From assembly GCA_964504535.1 (NCBI GenBank), contig CAZDED010000003.1, positions 70,850 through 134,849 of the forward strand: DNA of 64,000 nt. Direction: 5' to 3'. The notes under the pieces are model-generated. The model ran no database searches, was not told the origin of the DNA, and saw nothing but the letters and a program-made list of their open reading frames with translations. Positions within the stretch are counted from its first letter, which is position 1. Each line of letters opens with the position of its first letter. The position numbers and the translations under genes are program-made. Below are positions 39,594-48,132 of this stretch, piece by piece. This DNA is from an uncultured Gammaproteobacteria bacterium. Its GTDB lineage: Bacteria; Patescibacteriota; Microgenomatia; Levybacterales; GWA1-39-11.

Positions 39594-40223
39594 TTGAGTA
39601 GTATATCGCATACTGCCTCTCTTGACAAGCAAACTGCCTCAAGGCTAAACTTAATTACTGCCATGGATGCCAAAAAAACAAATCTTACACCTGAGTTAAA
39701 AGAAATTTACGATAGAGTCATGAATACATCTGGTGCCAAGGCGGCAGCAACAGCTGGCACTACCCCACCACTACCCACTTCAGCCCCATCAGAACAGATT
39801 CCAACAGGTTCTTCTCAACCCGCGATGCCTGTCGGAGCATCTCCTGCCTCAATGCCAGGAATGCCTCCACCCCCAGTACCTCCATCCCTTAGCATGCCTC
39901 CCACACCAGTAGCACCTGTCGGAGCACCGGAACAACCTTCATCACTTCCCCCAATGAGTGGAATGCCTTCTATGGACAGTACGGCAGAACAAGCACTTAG
40001 TAGTACTCCAGCAAGACCAGTGAGCGAGGGTAATACTTTTTCATTTAGCGGTACTGCTCATCAACGCCCTACTGCTCCAGCAGTTCCAGGAGCGACACCA
40101 GCTGCAACGACAACAAAAAAGAAATCAAAAATTTCTCTACCGGTTCTTATTGTTCTAGGACTTGTATTTATAATCGTCTGGGGACTCTTCTGGGCAATTA
40201 TCTTTGGCTTTATTAAACGTTAG
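39594..40223 (+). CDS. Pro-rich protein with C-terminal TM anchor (start may be ATG ~39663)
   Basis: low-complexity PPPP/PAxP; C-terminal hydrophobic helix. Confidence 0.35.
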   Translation: MSSISHTASLDKQTASRLNLITAMDAKKTNLTPELKEIYDRVMNTSGAKAAATAGTTPPLPTSAPSEQIPTGSSQPAMPVGASPASMPGMPPPPVPPSLSMPPTPVAPVGAPEQPSSLPPMSGMPSMDSTAEQALSSTPARPVSEGNTFSFSGTAHQRPTAPAVPGATPAATTTKKKSKISLPVLIVLGLVFIIVWGLFWAIIFGFIKR

Positions 40224-40231
40224 TTGACGGG

Positions 40232-41464
40232 TTAACGCATTAACGAGTATAAGAGTTCGTCTTTGGATACGATTGAAACCTCATTTTCGGTTCTTTTTTT
40301 AACTTCTACCATTCCTTCTTCAAGCTTTCCGGACAAAACAACGCGGGTTGGAATACCCAACAAATCACAATCTCCAAATTTTTCTCCAGGATTTTTATCC
40401 CTGTCATCATAAAGAACACGTATGCCCTTTTGCTTTAGATCTTCATACAAATCGTTTGTCTCCTCATTTTTTCCGATAGATATTACGTACACTTGAAAGG
40501 GTGCGACCTCTTCTGGCCAAATGATCCCCCGCTCATCATTAAATTTCTCAACAATGACTCCCATCGCTCTTGAAATCCCTATTCCATAACAACCCATGAC
40601 TGGATATTGCTTTTGTCCATCTCTGTCCAAAAAGCCCAATTCAAAATCTTTCCCGTACTTTTGTCCAAGATCAAAAACATTACCGACTTCAGAAGCCCTA
40701 GCCTTTAATAAGTTAGATTCATTACACCGTGGGCATGTATCTCTCTCATTTTTCCCTTCAGCTACTTCGATATTTACACAGTAATCACATTTTTCACAAT
40801 ACAAAATGTCATCCTCTCCTGCATCAGTTAAGACCATAAATTCATATGAGATTTTTTTACTAAAACTTCCTCCCGATGCCTCTGTTACTTTTGCAGTAAG
40901 CCCGAGTCTTTTATATATCTTTAGATATGCTTCTTTTACTTCTTGGTAAAACCTGTCAAAATCCTCCTGATTCTCATGGAATGAATACATGTCTTTCATA
41001 AAAAATTCTCTTCCCCGCAAAATCCCCGATTTTGCTCTCAACTCATCTCTATATTTCCAGTGGATTTGATAGACAGCTACCGGCAAATCTTTGTAGGTGT
41101 TAACTCGAGACATAACAAGTGGAGTCACTACTTCTTCCTCGCTTTGTCCGAGAGCATAATCCTTTTCTGTTCTCGATTTAATCTTGAATAAAACGTCGAT
41201 ACTGTCCCACCCTCCAGTCGTTTTCCAGACATCACTGGGGTGCAGTATCGGCATGAGTATCTCAGAGCCACCGACATTATCCATTTCTTCCCTGACAATT
41301 TGTTCTATGTTACGAAGCACTTTCAGTCCTAATGGGAGATACGAGAATACTCCTGCCATAAGCTGGTCTACATAGCCTGCCTGGACTAGAAGTTTGTGGT
41401 TGGTTGTTTCTGCCTCTTTAGGAGCTTCTCTAAGAGTTGAAACGAAAAGTTGAGAATATTTCAT
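40232..41464 (-). CDS. proS: proline--tRNA ligase (short, archaeal-like form)
   Basis: N-terminal MKYSQLFVSTLREAPKEAE; class II motifs; zinc-binding CEKCDYC...CPRC. Confidence 0.75.
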   Translation of the reverse strand: MKYSQLFVSTLREAPKEAETTNHKLLVQAGYVDQLMAGVFSYLPLGLKVLRNIEQIVREEMDNVGGSEILMPILHPSDVWKTTGGWDSIDVLFKIKSRTEKDYALGQSEEEVVTPLVMSRVNTYKDLPVAVYQIHWKYRDELRAKSGILRGREFFMKDMYSFHENQEDFDRFYQEVKEAYLKIYKRLGLTAKVTEASGGSFSKKISYEFMVLTDAGEDDILYCEKCDYCVNIEVAEGKNERDTCPRCNESNLLKARASEVGNVFDLGQKYGKDFELGFLDRDGQKQYPVMGCYGIGISRAMGVIVEKFNDERGIIWPEEVAPFQVYVISIGKNEETNDLYEDLKQKGIRVLYDDRDKNPGEKFGDCDLLGIPTRVVLSGKLEEGMVEVKKRTENEVSIVSKDELLYSLMR

Positions 41465-41520
41465 AGTTTATCCTGAGCGAAGTCGAAGGACATGAGGATA
41501 GTATATCAAAGAAAGTTGAA

Positions 41521-42216
41521 TTAGGCAGCTGTTAGCATTCCGTTTTTCTGAAGGTACTCCATCATTTTTACTACATTTCTTTCATCTGTCTCCTCTTCTT
41601 CCTGTTCTTTATACTCCTTCGGTTCCAATTTCTCCAATGCTTCGGGATCTGCAATAGATTGCATAAAGGTTCCAACAAGTTTTATAAGAAAAAGAAACAT
41701 ACTCCCCTTTTTCTTTTTGCTTTTTTCTTCTTTTGCAAATTTATACATCAAAATAATCATGTCAAAGAAGTCTTTTGCATTCATCCGAATCTCTTGTGGC
41801 AATTGGTCTAATTTGTCCGCTATTACTTTTGTGGTATCGATAAGCGTGTCGACTTTCTCCTCTAAAATCACGAATTCTTCATGTGTGATCATTTCATCCT
41901 CAAACTCTTCATCCTCTTGTAATTCGGCTTCTTGCACCTCAATTTCACTTGAAACTTCCTCGTCTTCAAATTCACCGTCAGCAATTTTTTCTAAAATATC
42001 TTCAAATCCTTCCCCGTTTTTCTGAGCATTCTCTAAAAGTGTGTCAATTGTATGGGATTCTGTTCGCATCTCGTCATTGCGAGGAGAATCTGAAGCAATC
42101 TCAAAGACTGCTTCACTATCATTTGTAGTGACAGGAACTGTGTTGATTTCAGCTTCATCAAACGATGTCGTTGCTACAGTAACTCCAGATGTCATTGGCA
42201 TTTCTACAGTTTCCAT
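41521..42216 (-). CDS. hypothetical highly acidic protein
   Basis: ORF track; E/D-rich. Confidence 0.35.
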   Translation of the reverse strand: METVEMPMTSGVTVATTSFDEAEINTVPVTTNDSEAVFEIASDSPRNDEMRTESHTIDTLLENAQKNGEGFEDILEKIADGEFEDEEVSSEIEVQEAELQEDEEFEDEMITHEEFVILEEKVDTLIDTTKVIADKLDQLPQEIRMNAKDFFDMIILMYKFAKEEKSKKKKGSMFLFLIKLVGTFMQSIADPEALEKLEPKEYKEQEEEETDERNVVKMMEYLQKNGMLTAA

Positions 42217-42218
42217 AG

Positions 42219-42521
42219 TTAAATGATTCCTCCTTTCAATATTTGTCGTACATTGGTTAGTTTTTCTTCCACGTTTTCTTCTTCATATTCCGGCACTACT
42301 TTAAGAAAACTTTCCCTTATTTCTATGTAGTAAGGAGCAATTTTTGAAATTTCTTGCAGGAAACTCTCAGGATTTTCTGCATTTCGCAAGACTTCCAAAA
42401 ACTCTTTTGCGATTTTTTGCCCTTGCTCTTTGGCGATCTTTTTTCTTTTTAGACTGAAGATCAGATGGAACAAAAGTTCTTTTTCAAAATTTGTTTGTAA
42501 TGTTTTGTATGTCATAATCAA
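42219..42521 (-). CDS. hypothetical protein
   Basis: ORF track. Confidence 0.3.
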   Translation of the reverse strand: MIMTYKTLQTNFEKELLFHLIFSLKRKKIAKEQGQKIAKEFLEVLRNAENPESFLQEISKIAPYYIEIRESFLKVVPEYEEENVEEKLTNVRQILKGGII

Positions 42522-42760
42522 CCAGCAAGTTCTGCTATTTTTTCAGATGTTTCTTTTCCGTTGCGCTCTGTTTCTTCTTTTTTCTCATGTGTCGCTTCTA
42601 TTTGTTGCAAAAGAAGATCTAGCGTTCTTGCATCTTCCTCTACCTCATGGAGTTTTAACTCCTCTGATGACGCTGTATTTTCCGCTTCATGAATTCTGTC
42701 TTTTAAACTTACTCCCTCAGCGCTATTCTTTTTTAGGATCTCTGCATTTGTCAGTTTCAT
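42518..42760 (-). CDS. hypothetical protein
   Basis: ORF track. Confidence 0.3.
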   Translation of the reverse strand: MKLTNAEILKKNSAEGVSLKDRIHEAENTASSEELKLHEVEEDARTLDLLLQQIEATHEKKEETERNGKETSEKIAELAG

Positions 42761-42870
42761 GATGCTAGTTTATAGCTATAAGTCCATTTGAACTTGATAT
42801 CTATCTCTCAAAAACTTCACAAAAAAAAGACGAATATTGACTTTTTCGCTGTAAAGACTAAACTCATAGT

Positions 42871-43197
42871 ATGAATGTGAGAGAAAATCTTACAAGCGCA
42901 GTTTCAATCGATTTTATTCAGTCAGCTTTACGAAGCAAAACATTTAAGCTAATCTGTGCTGCAGGAATTGTATCATCAGCTTACGATAGTTATGTTGGTA
43001 TCAAAAATCTAGAGGATCATGAATATATGGATACGGCATCATCAGTTATACATGTCGCTACAGAACTCTCTGTAACTGCTGGTCTTATGGGTTTGAGAAA
43101 ACTTGCATCAGATGTCGCAATCACAATAGATGATCCTAATGTTGTTTTTGAGACAATTCTTCCACACCAAGACCCAACAAATAGTGTGGTATCATAA
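42871..43197 (+). CDS. hypothetical protein
   Basis: ORF track. Confidence 0.3.
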   Translation: MNVRENLTSAVSIDFIQSALRSKTFKLICAAGIVSSAYDSYVGIKNLEDHEYMDTASSVIHVATELSVTAGLMGLRKLASDVAITIDDPNVVFETILPHQDPTNSVVS

Positions 43198-43201
43198 TCT
43201 C

Positions 43202-43978
43202 ATGGATGAATTCAAAAGAGTCGCTATAGAAGCGGCTAAAGAGGCAGGCGCCCTCGCGCTTGGGCTGTCAGGACAAGAAATCAAATTTCAAGACAAAGGA
43301 CCATATGATATTTTGGCTGAGGCGGATACTAAATCTGAAAGTCTTATCGTCAAAAAGATAAGAGAAAATTTCCCCGACCACGCTATCCTTTCTGAAGAAA
43401 GTGGACAAAATGATATATTTTCCAATTACATGTGGGTTATCGATCCCGTCGATGGAACGATCAACTTTGAAAAACACATCAATGAATATTGTGTCTCAAT
43501 AGCTCTTGAAAAAGATGGAGTACTCGTCCTTGGTGTAATTTATCAAGCAGCCTACAACAAACTTTTTGTCGCTGTTAGGGGTGAAGGAGCAACACTCAAT
43601 AGCAGCAAAATATCCGTTTCAACGGAATTAAATCTTTTGAAAACATTATTTGCGACAGAAAACTCATCAAAAATGGAAACACGGGAAAGTGATTTTGATC
43701 TCTTATATAAAATCCGCGAGAAAGTACGAGGAGTAAGGATTTTTGGAAGCGGTGCCTTGCATTTGGCATCTGTTGCAGAGGGACACTTGGATTTTTACTT
43801 TAAAACAAAATTTAATTACTGGGACATTGCAGCAGGAACCGTCCTCATACGTGAGGCCGGCGGAAAAGTGACTGACTTTGATGGAAATGACCTTGTCCGC
43901 ACTTCACCAAATATCGTAGCTACAAACAATGTACTACACAATCAAGTCCTACAGCTCCTTGCTGATAATAGAGGCTAA
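43202..43978 (+). CDS. inositol-monophosphatase-family protein (SuhB-like)
   Basis: WVIDPVDGTINF motif; start chosen at MDEFKRV. Confidence 0.75.
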   Translation: MDEFKRVAIEAAKEAGALALGLSGQEIKFQDKGPYDILAEADTKSESLIVKKIRENFPDHAILSEESGQNDIFSNYMWVIDPVDGTINFEKHINEYCVSIALEKDGVLVLGVIYQAAYNKLFVAVRGEGATLNSSKISVSTELNLLKTLFATENSSKMETRESDFDLLYKIREKVRGVRIFGSGALHLASVAEGHLDFYFKTKFNYWDIAAGTVLIREAGGKVTDFDGNDLVRTSPNIVATNNVLHNQVLQLLADNRG

Positions 43979-44848
43979 GGAAATAACTTCTAGTTTTTTG
44001 AATCTTTTTTCAGAACCTACCGGAATACTATCTGTAACAATAATTTTTTTGGCAGCTGATTTTTGTAGTAATTGAGGTGCATTACCTGAAAAGACCGCAT
44101 GAGTTGCGAGTATAAATACATCTTTTGCTCCACCCTCCCGCAAAGCCTTCATCGCACTAAGAACTGTGCCTCCACCAGCAATTTCATCATCAATTATGTA
44201 GCAGTTTGGTGACACCACATCTTTAAATGTTCCTATTTTTATTTTTCCAGTTCTGTGATCTCTCTTTTTCTCGAGTGAAATATATGGAGATCCTGAAAGA
44301 TGATCAGAAAGCGCCATCACTCTTCGAAGTCCTCCCTTGTCAGGACTTACAAGAACTGAATTTTTTGGGTCAAACCCGAGGGATTTTATTTTTTGGGCAA
44401 ACAGTTGAGTAGCAGAAACATTAACTGATTTTACGGAGAACATCTCACTCATTTTAACGGTATGGGGATCGACAAATACCGCTTTTGTAAGCCCTGATGA
44501 TTCAAGAATCTTGATTACAACTTCCAACGGCACTGCCTCTCCATCACCAAACAAATGGTCTCCACGACTGTACGGGAAATGGGGAAAAATACCGGTAATT
44601 GACTTTGCCCCACTTCTTCTTAGTGCATCAATAATAAAAGCTGATTCAACTACGAGGGAATCTACATTTGGAGTAACCGAAACGGTCTTTAAAAAAACTA
44701 CATCCTTGTTAAGGACGGATTGCTTAAGACGAATTCTTCTTTCCCCATCTGAAAAAACGGTAATTTCAGGAAAAATTGGTACAACCGAGAGTGCACGAGC
44801 TATGCCTTCGGAAAGGGGCATGTTCTGTCCATCTCCAAAAAAAACCAT
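43949..44848 (-). CDS. prs: ribose-phosphate pyrophosphokinase
   Basis: PRPP-binding DDEIAGGGT; FSDGE N-terminal motif. Confidence 0.8.
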   Translation of the reverse strand: MVFFGDGQNMPLSEGIARALSVVPIFPEITVFSDGERRIRLKQSVLNKDVVFLKTVSVTPNVDSLVVESAFIIDALRRSGAKSITGIFPHFPYSRGDHLFGDGEAVPLEVVIKILESSGLTKAVFVDPHTVKMSEMFSVKSVNVSATQLFAQKIKSLGFDPKNSVLVSPDKGGLRRVMALSDHLSGSPYISLEKKRDHRTGKIKIGTFKDVVSPNCYIIDDEIAGGGTVLSAMKALREGGAKDVFILATHAVFSGNAPQLLQKSAAKKIIVTDSIPVGSEKRFKKLEVISLASIISKEL

Positions 44849-44882
44849 AGGAATTATTACTTCTCAATTTTAAATCACAGCT

Positions 44883-45170
44883 CTACTTGCCTAGTCCAGC
44901 AAGCATTTCCTGGAGTCCGCCTCCCATTTGCTGCATTTTTTGTGCAGATTTTTTCTGTGCACGATCTACTGCTTCATTGAATGCTTCTCGAGCATCCTTC
45001 ATTTCCTCACCATTGATCTCAACAGATTTTACTTTCATATCCCCGGACATGACGACTTTTACTCTTCCCTTTTCAGACTCTACTTCTATCTGTGCGAGTT
45101 CTTTTTGAATAGCATTTGCTTGATCCCGAAGTTTTTTGATCTCTGCTGCTTGTTTGAATGGATTTATCAT
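44883..45170 (-). CDS. ybaB: YbaB/EbfC nucleoid-associated protein
   Basis: 95 aa; characteristic MINPFKQAAEIKKL...VKVVMSGDMKV. Confidence 0.75.
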   Translation of the reverse strand: MINPFKQAAEIKKLRDQANAIQKELAQIEVESEKGRVKVVMSGDMKVKSVEINGEEMKDAREAFNEAVDRAQKKSAQKMQQMGGGLQEMLAGLGK

Positions 45171-45246
45171 AAAATACTAACACCTCCTAACTTTATGTGT
45201 AATAGAGTAACAATTTTTCACTTCATGCGCAAGAAGTTATATTAAA

Positions 45247-45828
45247 TTACTTGGAAACATCATGATGGCTTTCTCTCGCTTTCGCATGTCGCGAAGGAGA
45301 AAAACGATCCAAGCCCGACATTGGCTTTGAGAAATGTCCATTTAGGTATCCTTTTGCTTTCGCATGCTCAATAATAACCTCTGCATATGGTCTTAACTCA
45401 CAGGCTCCGAGCAGTTCTTCGGTATTCATCCACCTGAGATCTCCCATGTCAGTTTGTGCCTGAAGAAAGGGGTTTCTTTCAGGATCACCTATCCAACGGA
45501 ATACTGCAACAGCCGCACTTATATCATTCTCTGGATCAACGACTACTGGAGTTTCAATAATACCTAACGTGTGCAACCCGTCTTTTAATTCCATTATATT
45601 TTGGTCTGTTGCAACTTCGGCAAGACTTGCCAACATTAAACCTCGCATATTGGTTCTCTCGAAGGGTTTTACCGTTTCGATGGGCACAGAAATCATGCCT
45701 ACGGCTCTTTTATGAGCGGGCTTATCTTCCATTTCCGTTCCCACCAACATCTGGTCTTTAGTATTTAGAATTATTGTTCCAATACCCTTAATACAACTAA
45801 AGTCGCTTTCTAACATATTATGTGACAA
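45247..45828 (-). CDS. hypothetical protein
   Basis: ORF track; no canonical NUDIX box found. Confidence 0.4.
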   Translation of the reverse strand: MSHNMLESDFSCIKGIGTIILNTKDQMLVGTEMEDKPAHKRAVGMISVPIETVKPFERTNMRGLMLASLAEVATDQNIMELKDGLHTLGIIETPVVVDPENDISAAVAVFRWIGDPERNPFLQAQTDMGDLRWMNTEELLGACELRPYAEVIIEHAKAKGYLNGHFSKPMSGLDRFSPSRHAKARESHHDVSK

Positions 45829-46594
45829 TTGTACCTTTTATTACTTTTCCTTGTAGTACTTCGATTAGTGTGTCCTTTTGCAATCCATTTACGATATATG
45901 TCTTTACCCCCATGCTCGAAATCTCAAGCGCATTTTCAATCTTGTGCTTCATTCCCCCTGTAACATCTGTTCCCCTCGATTCGAATATGTTTTTTTTCAA
46001 CACCTTATAACTTGATTTACTAATTTCAGGTATAGTAACTCCATCTAAATCATAGACGCCATCCGTTATGCCTACTTGTATTACTTTATTTACTCTCACA
46101 TTGTTGTCCTGTAAAAAATCCACCAAATACTTGGTCGAAGTTTCACCTGAAAAAATTGTTGTATTCCAACTTTGATCTAAGATCACGTCCCCATAGAGAA
46201 CAGGTACAAGACCTTGCTTGAGTGCTTCTAATACTGTTGTGAGATTGTGGGATGCGAGTTGTCCTTTTCGGGCAACAAATAAGCTATTTGGTCTAAATGA
46301 AATAGCGGGAATTTTCGCATAGATAAGCTCATCAATCATAATTTGATCTAATGCTTGCGCATCACGTGCCACCTTTGCAACCCCCCACAGTGAGCTATAG
46401 CCTTTTTTTCCACCATACTTTTTCGCACTTGTATGTGCAAAACTTCCCGCACCGTGCACTATAATTACAGGGATATTCGCTTTTTTTATCTCTTTAGCAA
46501 GTTTTTTTATAACCGGCAAATTTAGCGTATAAGGCTTGGATTTATCAGTGATAATTGACCCACCAAGCTTTATAATTGTGATTGTATTTCTCAT
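45818..46594 (-). CDS. isopentenyl phosphate kinase (amino-acid-kinase family)
   Basis: IIKLGGSIITDK; VHGAGSFAH; DVTGGMKHKIE, matching archaeal-type IPK motifs. Confidence 0.7.
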   Translation of the reverse strand: MRNTITIIKLGGSIITDKSKPYTLNLPVIKKLAKEIKKANIPVIIVHGAGSFAHTSAKKYGGKKGYSSLWGVAKVARDAQALDQIMIDELIYAKIPAISFRPNSLFVARKGQLASHNLTTVLEALKQGLVPVLYGDVILDQSWNTTIFSGETSTKYLVDFLQDNNVRVNKVIQVGITDGVYDLDGVTIPEISKSSYKVLKKNIFESRGTDVTGGMKHKIENALEISSMGVKTYIVNGLQKDTLIEVLQGKVIKGTIVT

Positions 46595-46601
46595 TTAGCC
46601 T

Positions 46602-47183
46602 TTGGGATTATATACTAAAAAAGACACTCTTACAAATATTATGAGCTCATATTACCAGCAAAAACAAATGATTGCCACCTGCGACAAGAATGGAAATATT
46701 ACTGGGGAAGTTGAAAAATGGGAGGCGCATAAAAAAGGAATTTTGCACAGGGCATACACTGTAGCTATTATGCACAAAGGGAAACTTTTGCTCCAGCACA
46801 GAAAACATCCTGCCTTTGGAGGGGTTTTGGATGCAACTATTTCTTCGCATCAACTCGTTATTAACGGAAAACTTGAGGATACTATAGAATCTACAATAAG
46901 GACTCTTGAGCGTGAGTGGAACATCACAAAAAAAGATCTGTTAAAACCTATTAGAAATGACGGGTGGGTATATTACAAAGCAAATGATAAATTTTCGGAT
47001 TTTATTGAGCATGAAGTATGCGATATCTTGATCGCTGAGATCAAATCAATTAAGGAACCGAATTTTGAATTCGCATATGGATATTCTGTCGTTACTCTGG
47101 ACGAATTGCACGACACATCGACGCTACTATACACGACACTCGCTCCATGGGTACAAGTCATGATTCAAAAAAAACTTCTCTAA
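46602..47183 (+). CDS. idi: isopentenyl-diphosphate delta-isomerase type 1-like (NUDIX fold)
   Basis: LHRAYTV / LLLQHRKHPAFGGVLD / HEVCDI correspond to IDI-1 conserved blocks; catalytic Cys appears replaced by Ser. Confidence 0.5.
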   Translation: MGLYTKKDTLTNIMSSYYQQKQMIATCDKNGNITGEVEKWEAHKKGILHRAYTVAIMHKGKLLLQHRKHPAFGGVLDATISSHQLVINGKLEDTIESTIRTLEREWNITKKDLLKPIRNDGWVYYKANDKFSDFIEHEVCDILIAEIKSIKEPNFEFAYGYSVVTLDELHDTSTLLYTTLAPWVQVMIQKKLL

Positions 47184-47315
47184 TTTCTAAAAAATAAAGA
47201 TATTTTCTACCTTTAGTAGTATAATCTAGCTAAATTTGAGGACAAACTAGCAGAAATGCTCTCCTAGCACGTTTTCATTTTTTATTTTACTTGCACATTG
47301 AAATTATTGGGAGAA

Positions 47316-47367
47316 GTCATATTCGACAATCAGGTTATATGCTTGTAGTTTGATTGTCGAATATGAC
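47316..47367. promoter_or_regulatory. perfect 17-bp inverted repeat GTCATATTCGACAATCA-N18-TGATTGTCGAATATGAC immediately upstream of RBS
   Basis: seen directly. Confidence 0.6.
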
Positions 47368-47384
47368 ACAGGAGGAAGTGAACT

Positions 47385-47531
47385 TTGTCTAGGAAAAAGG
47401 AGGTGGCACCACCCCTACCCAACTCGAAGGCTGCCCGCCAGGCTGCGTACAGGAAGATGACGAATTATGCACTGAGCATCGTCTTAGTACTGTACGTTGC
47501 CATCATGGCTACGGGCGCCATCATCAAGTAG
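47385..47531 (+). CDS. small GC-rich ORF, 48 aa, TTG start, single C-terminal TM helix
   Basis: GGAGG 9 nt upstream of TTG; GC-rich codons; hydrophobic YALSIVLVLYVAIMATGAII. Confidence 0.35.
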   Translation: MSRKKEVAPPLPNSKAARQAAYRKMTNYALSIVLVLYVAIMATGAIIK

Positions 47532-47679
47532 TCGTCTTCGTCTATGAGGACGTTAAAAATGGCGAAAAGGAGGGCTGGCTAACCGAGCCGCATCATAAGT
47601 GACTGAGGGAGTTGCACGAACACGCCCCGGGTTTTCCCGGGGCAACAGAACCACCCCGCGCAACGGGGGGAGGGAGAAC

Positions 47680-48021
47680 ATGTCACTCTTAAGAATCTTC
47701 GGATCGAAGAAGGCTCCAGCTGCGACCAAGGTCGTAGAAGCGCCTTACGTGCCGAAGAACACGCCGCCGCCTGGCTTCGTGCGCCTTTCCAAACCGGAAG
47801 GTGCAGACGACAAGGATCTTTGCGGAGATTACAACGGCTGGATTTGTCCGCCCGATCCGGATTGCACGATCTGCTTTTACGGCGGGTACATGAAGGTCGA
47901 CAACGACATCCAGGTTTGCGCCTGCCGACGCGCTGACGACAAGGTCAGAGCGAGCACGGCAGCTGCATCTGCAGCTGCAGAATCGCACAAGCTCTCCATG
48001 TCCAAGGGAAGCAAATCCTGA
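47680..48021 (+). CDS. GC-rich Cys-rich small protein (113 aa, 7 Cys)
   Basis: RBS GGGAGGGAG 4 nt upstream of ATG 47680 (internal Met of track ORF 47599..48021); CGDYNGWICPPDPDCTICF...CACRR. Confidence 0.5.
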   Translation: MSLLRIFGSKKAPAATKVVEAPYVPKNTPPPGFVRLSKPEGADDKDLCGDYNGWICPPDPDCTICFYGGYMKVDNDIQVCACRRADDKVRASTAAASAAAESHKLSMSKGSKS

Positions 48022-48061
48022 AGGCAGTCTTCCAACTCCCAGAGTTCTCTGTGCAAATCAG

Positions 48062-48094
48062 GCCACCTCCACCCAGGAGGTGGCCTTTTTTGTA
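48062..48094 (+). terminator. intrinsic terminator GGCCACCTCC-ACCCA-GGAGGTGGCC + TTTTTT
   Basis: seen directly. Confidence 0.75.
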
Positions 48095-48132
48095 TTGTGA
48101 TAAGGACCCCACATCAAGTACAGGGTGACAGT

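Noticed and set aside
45247-45828. NUDIX hydrolase annotation for the 193-aa protein
   Set aside because: The GX5EX7REUXEEXGU NUDIX box cannot be aligned convincingly, so I left it hypothetical.
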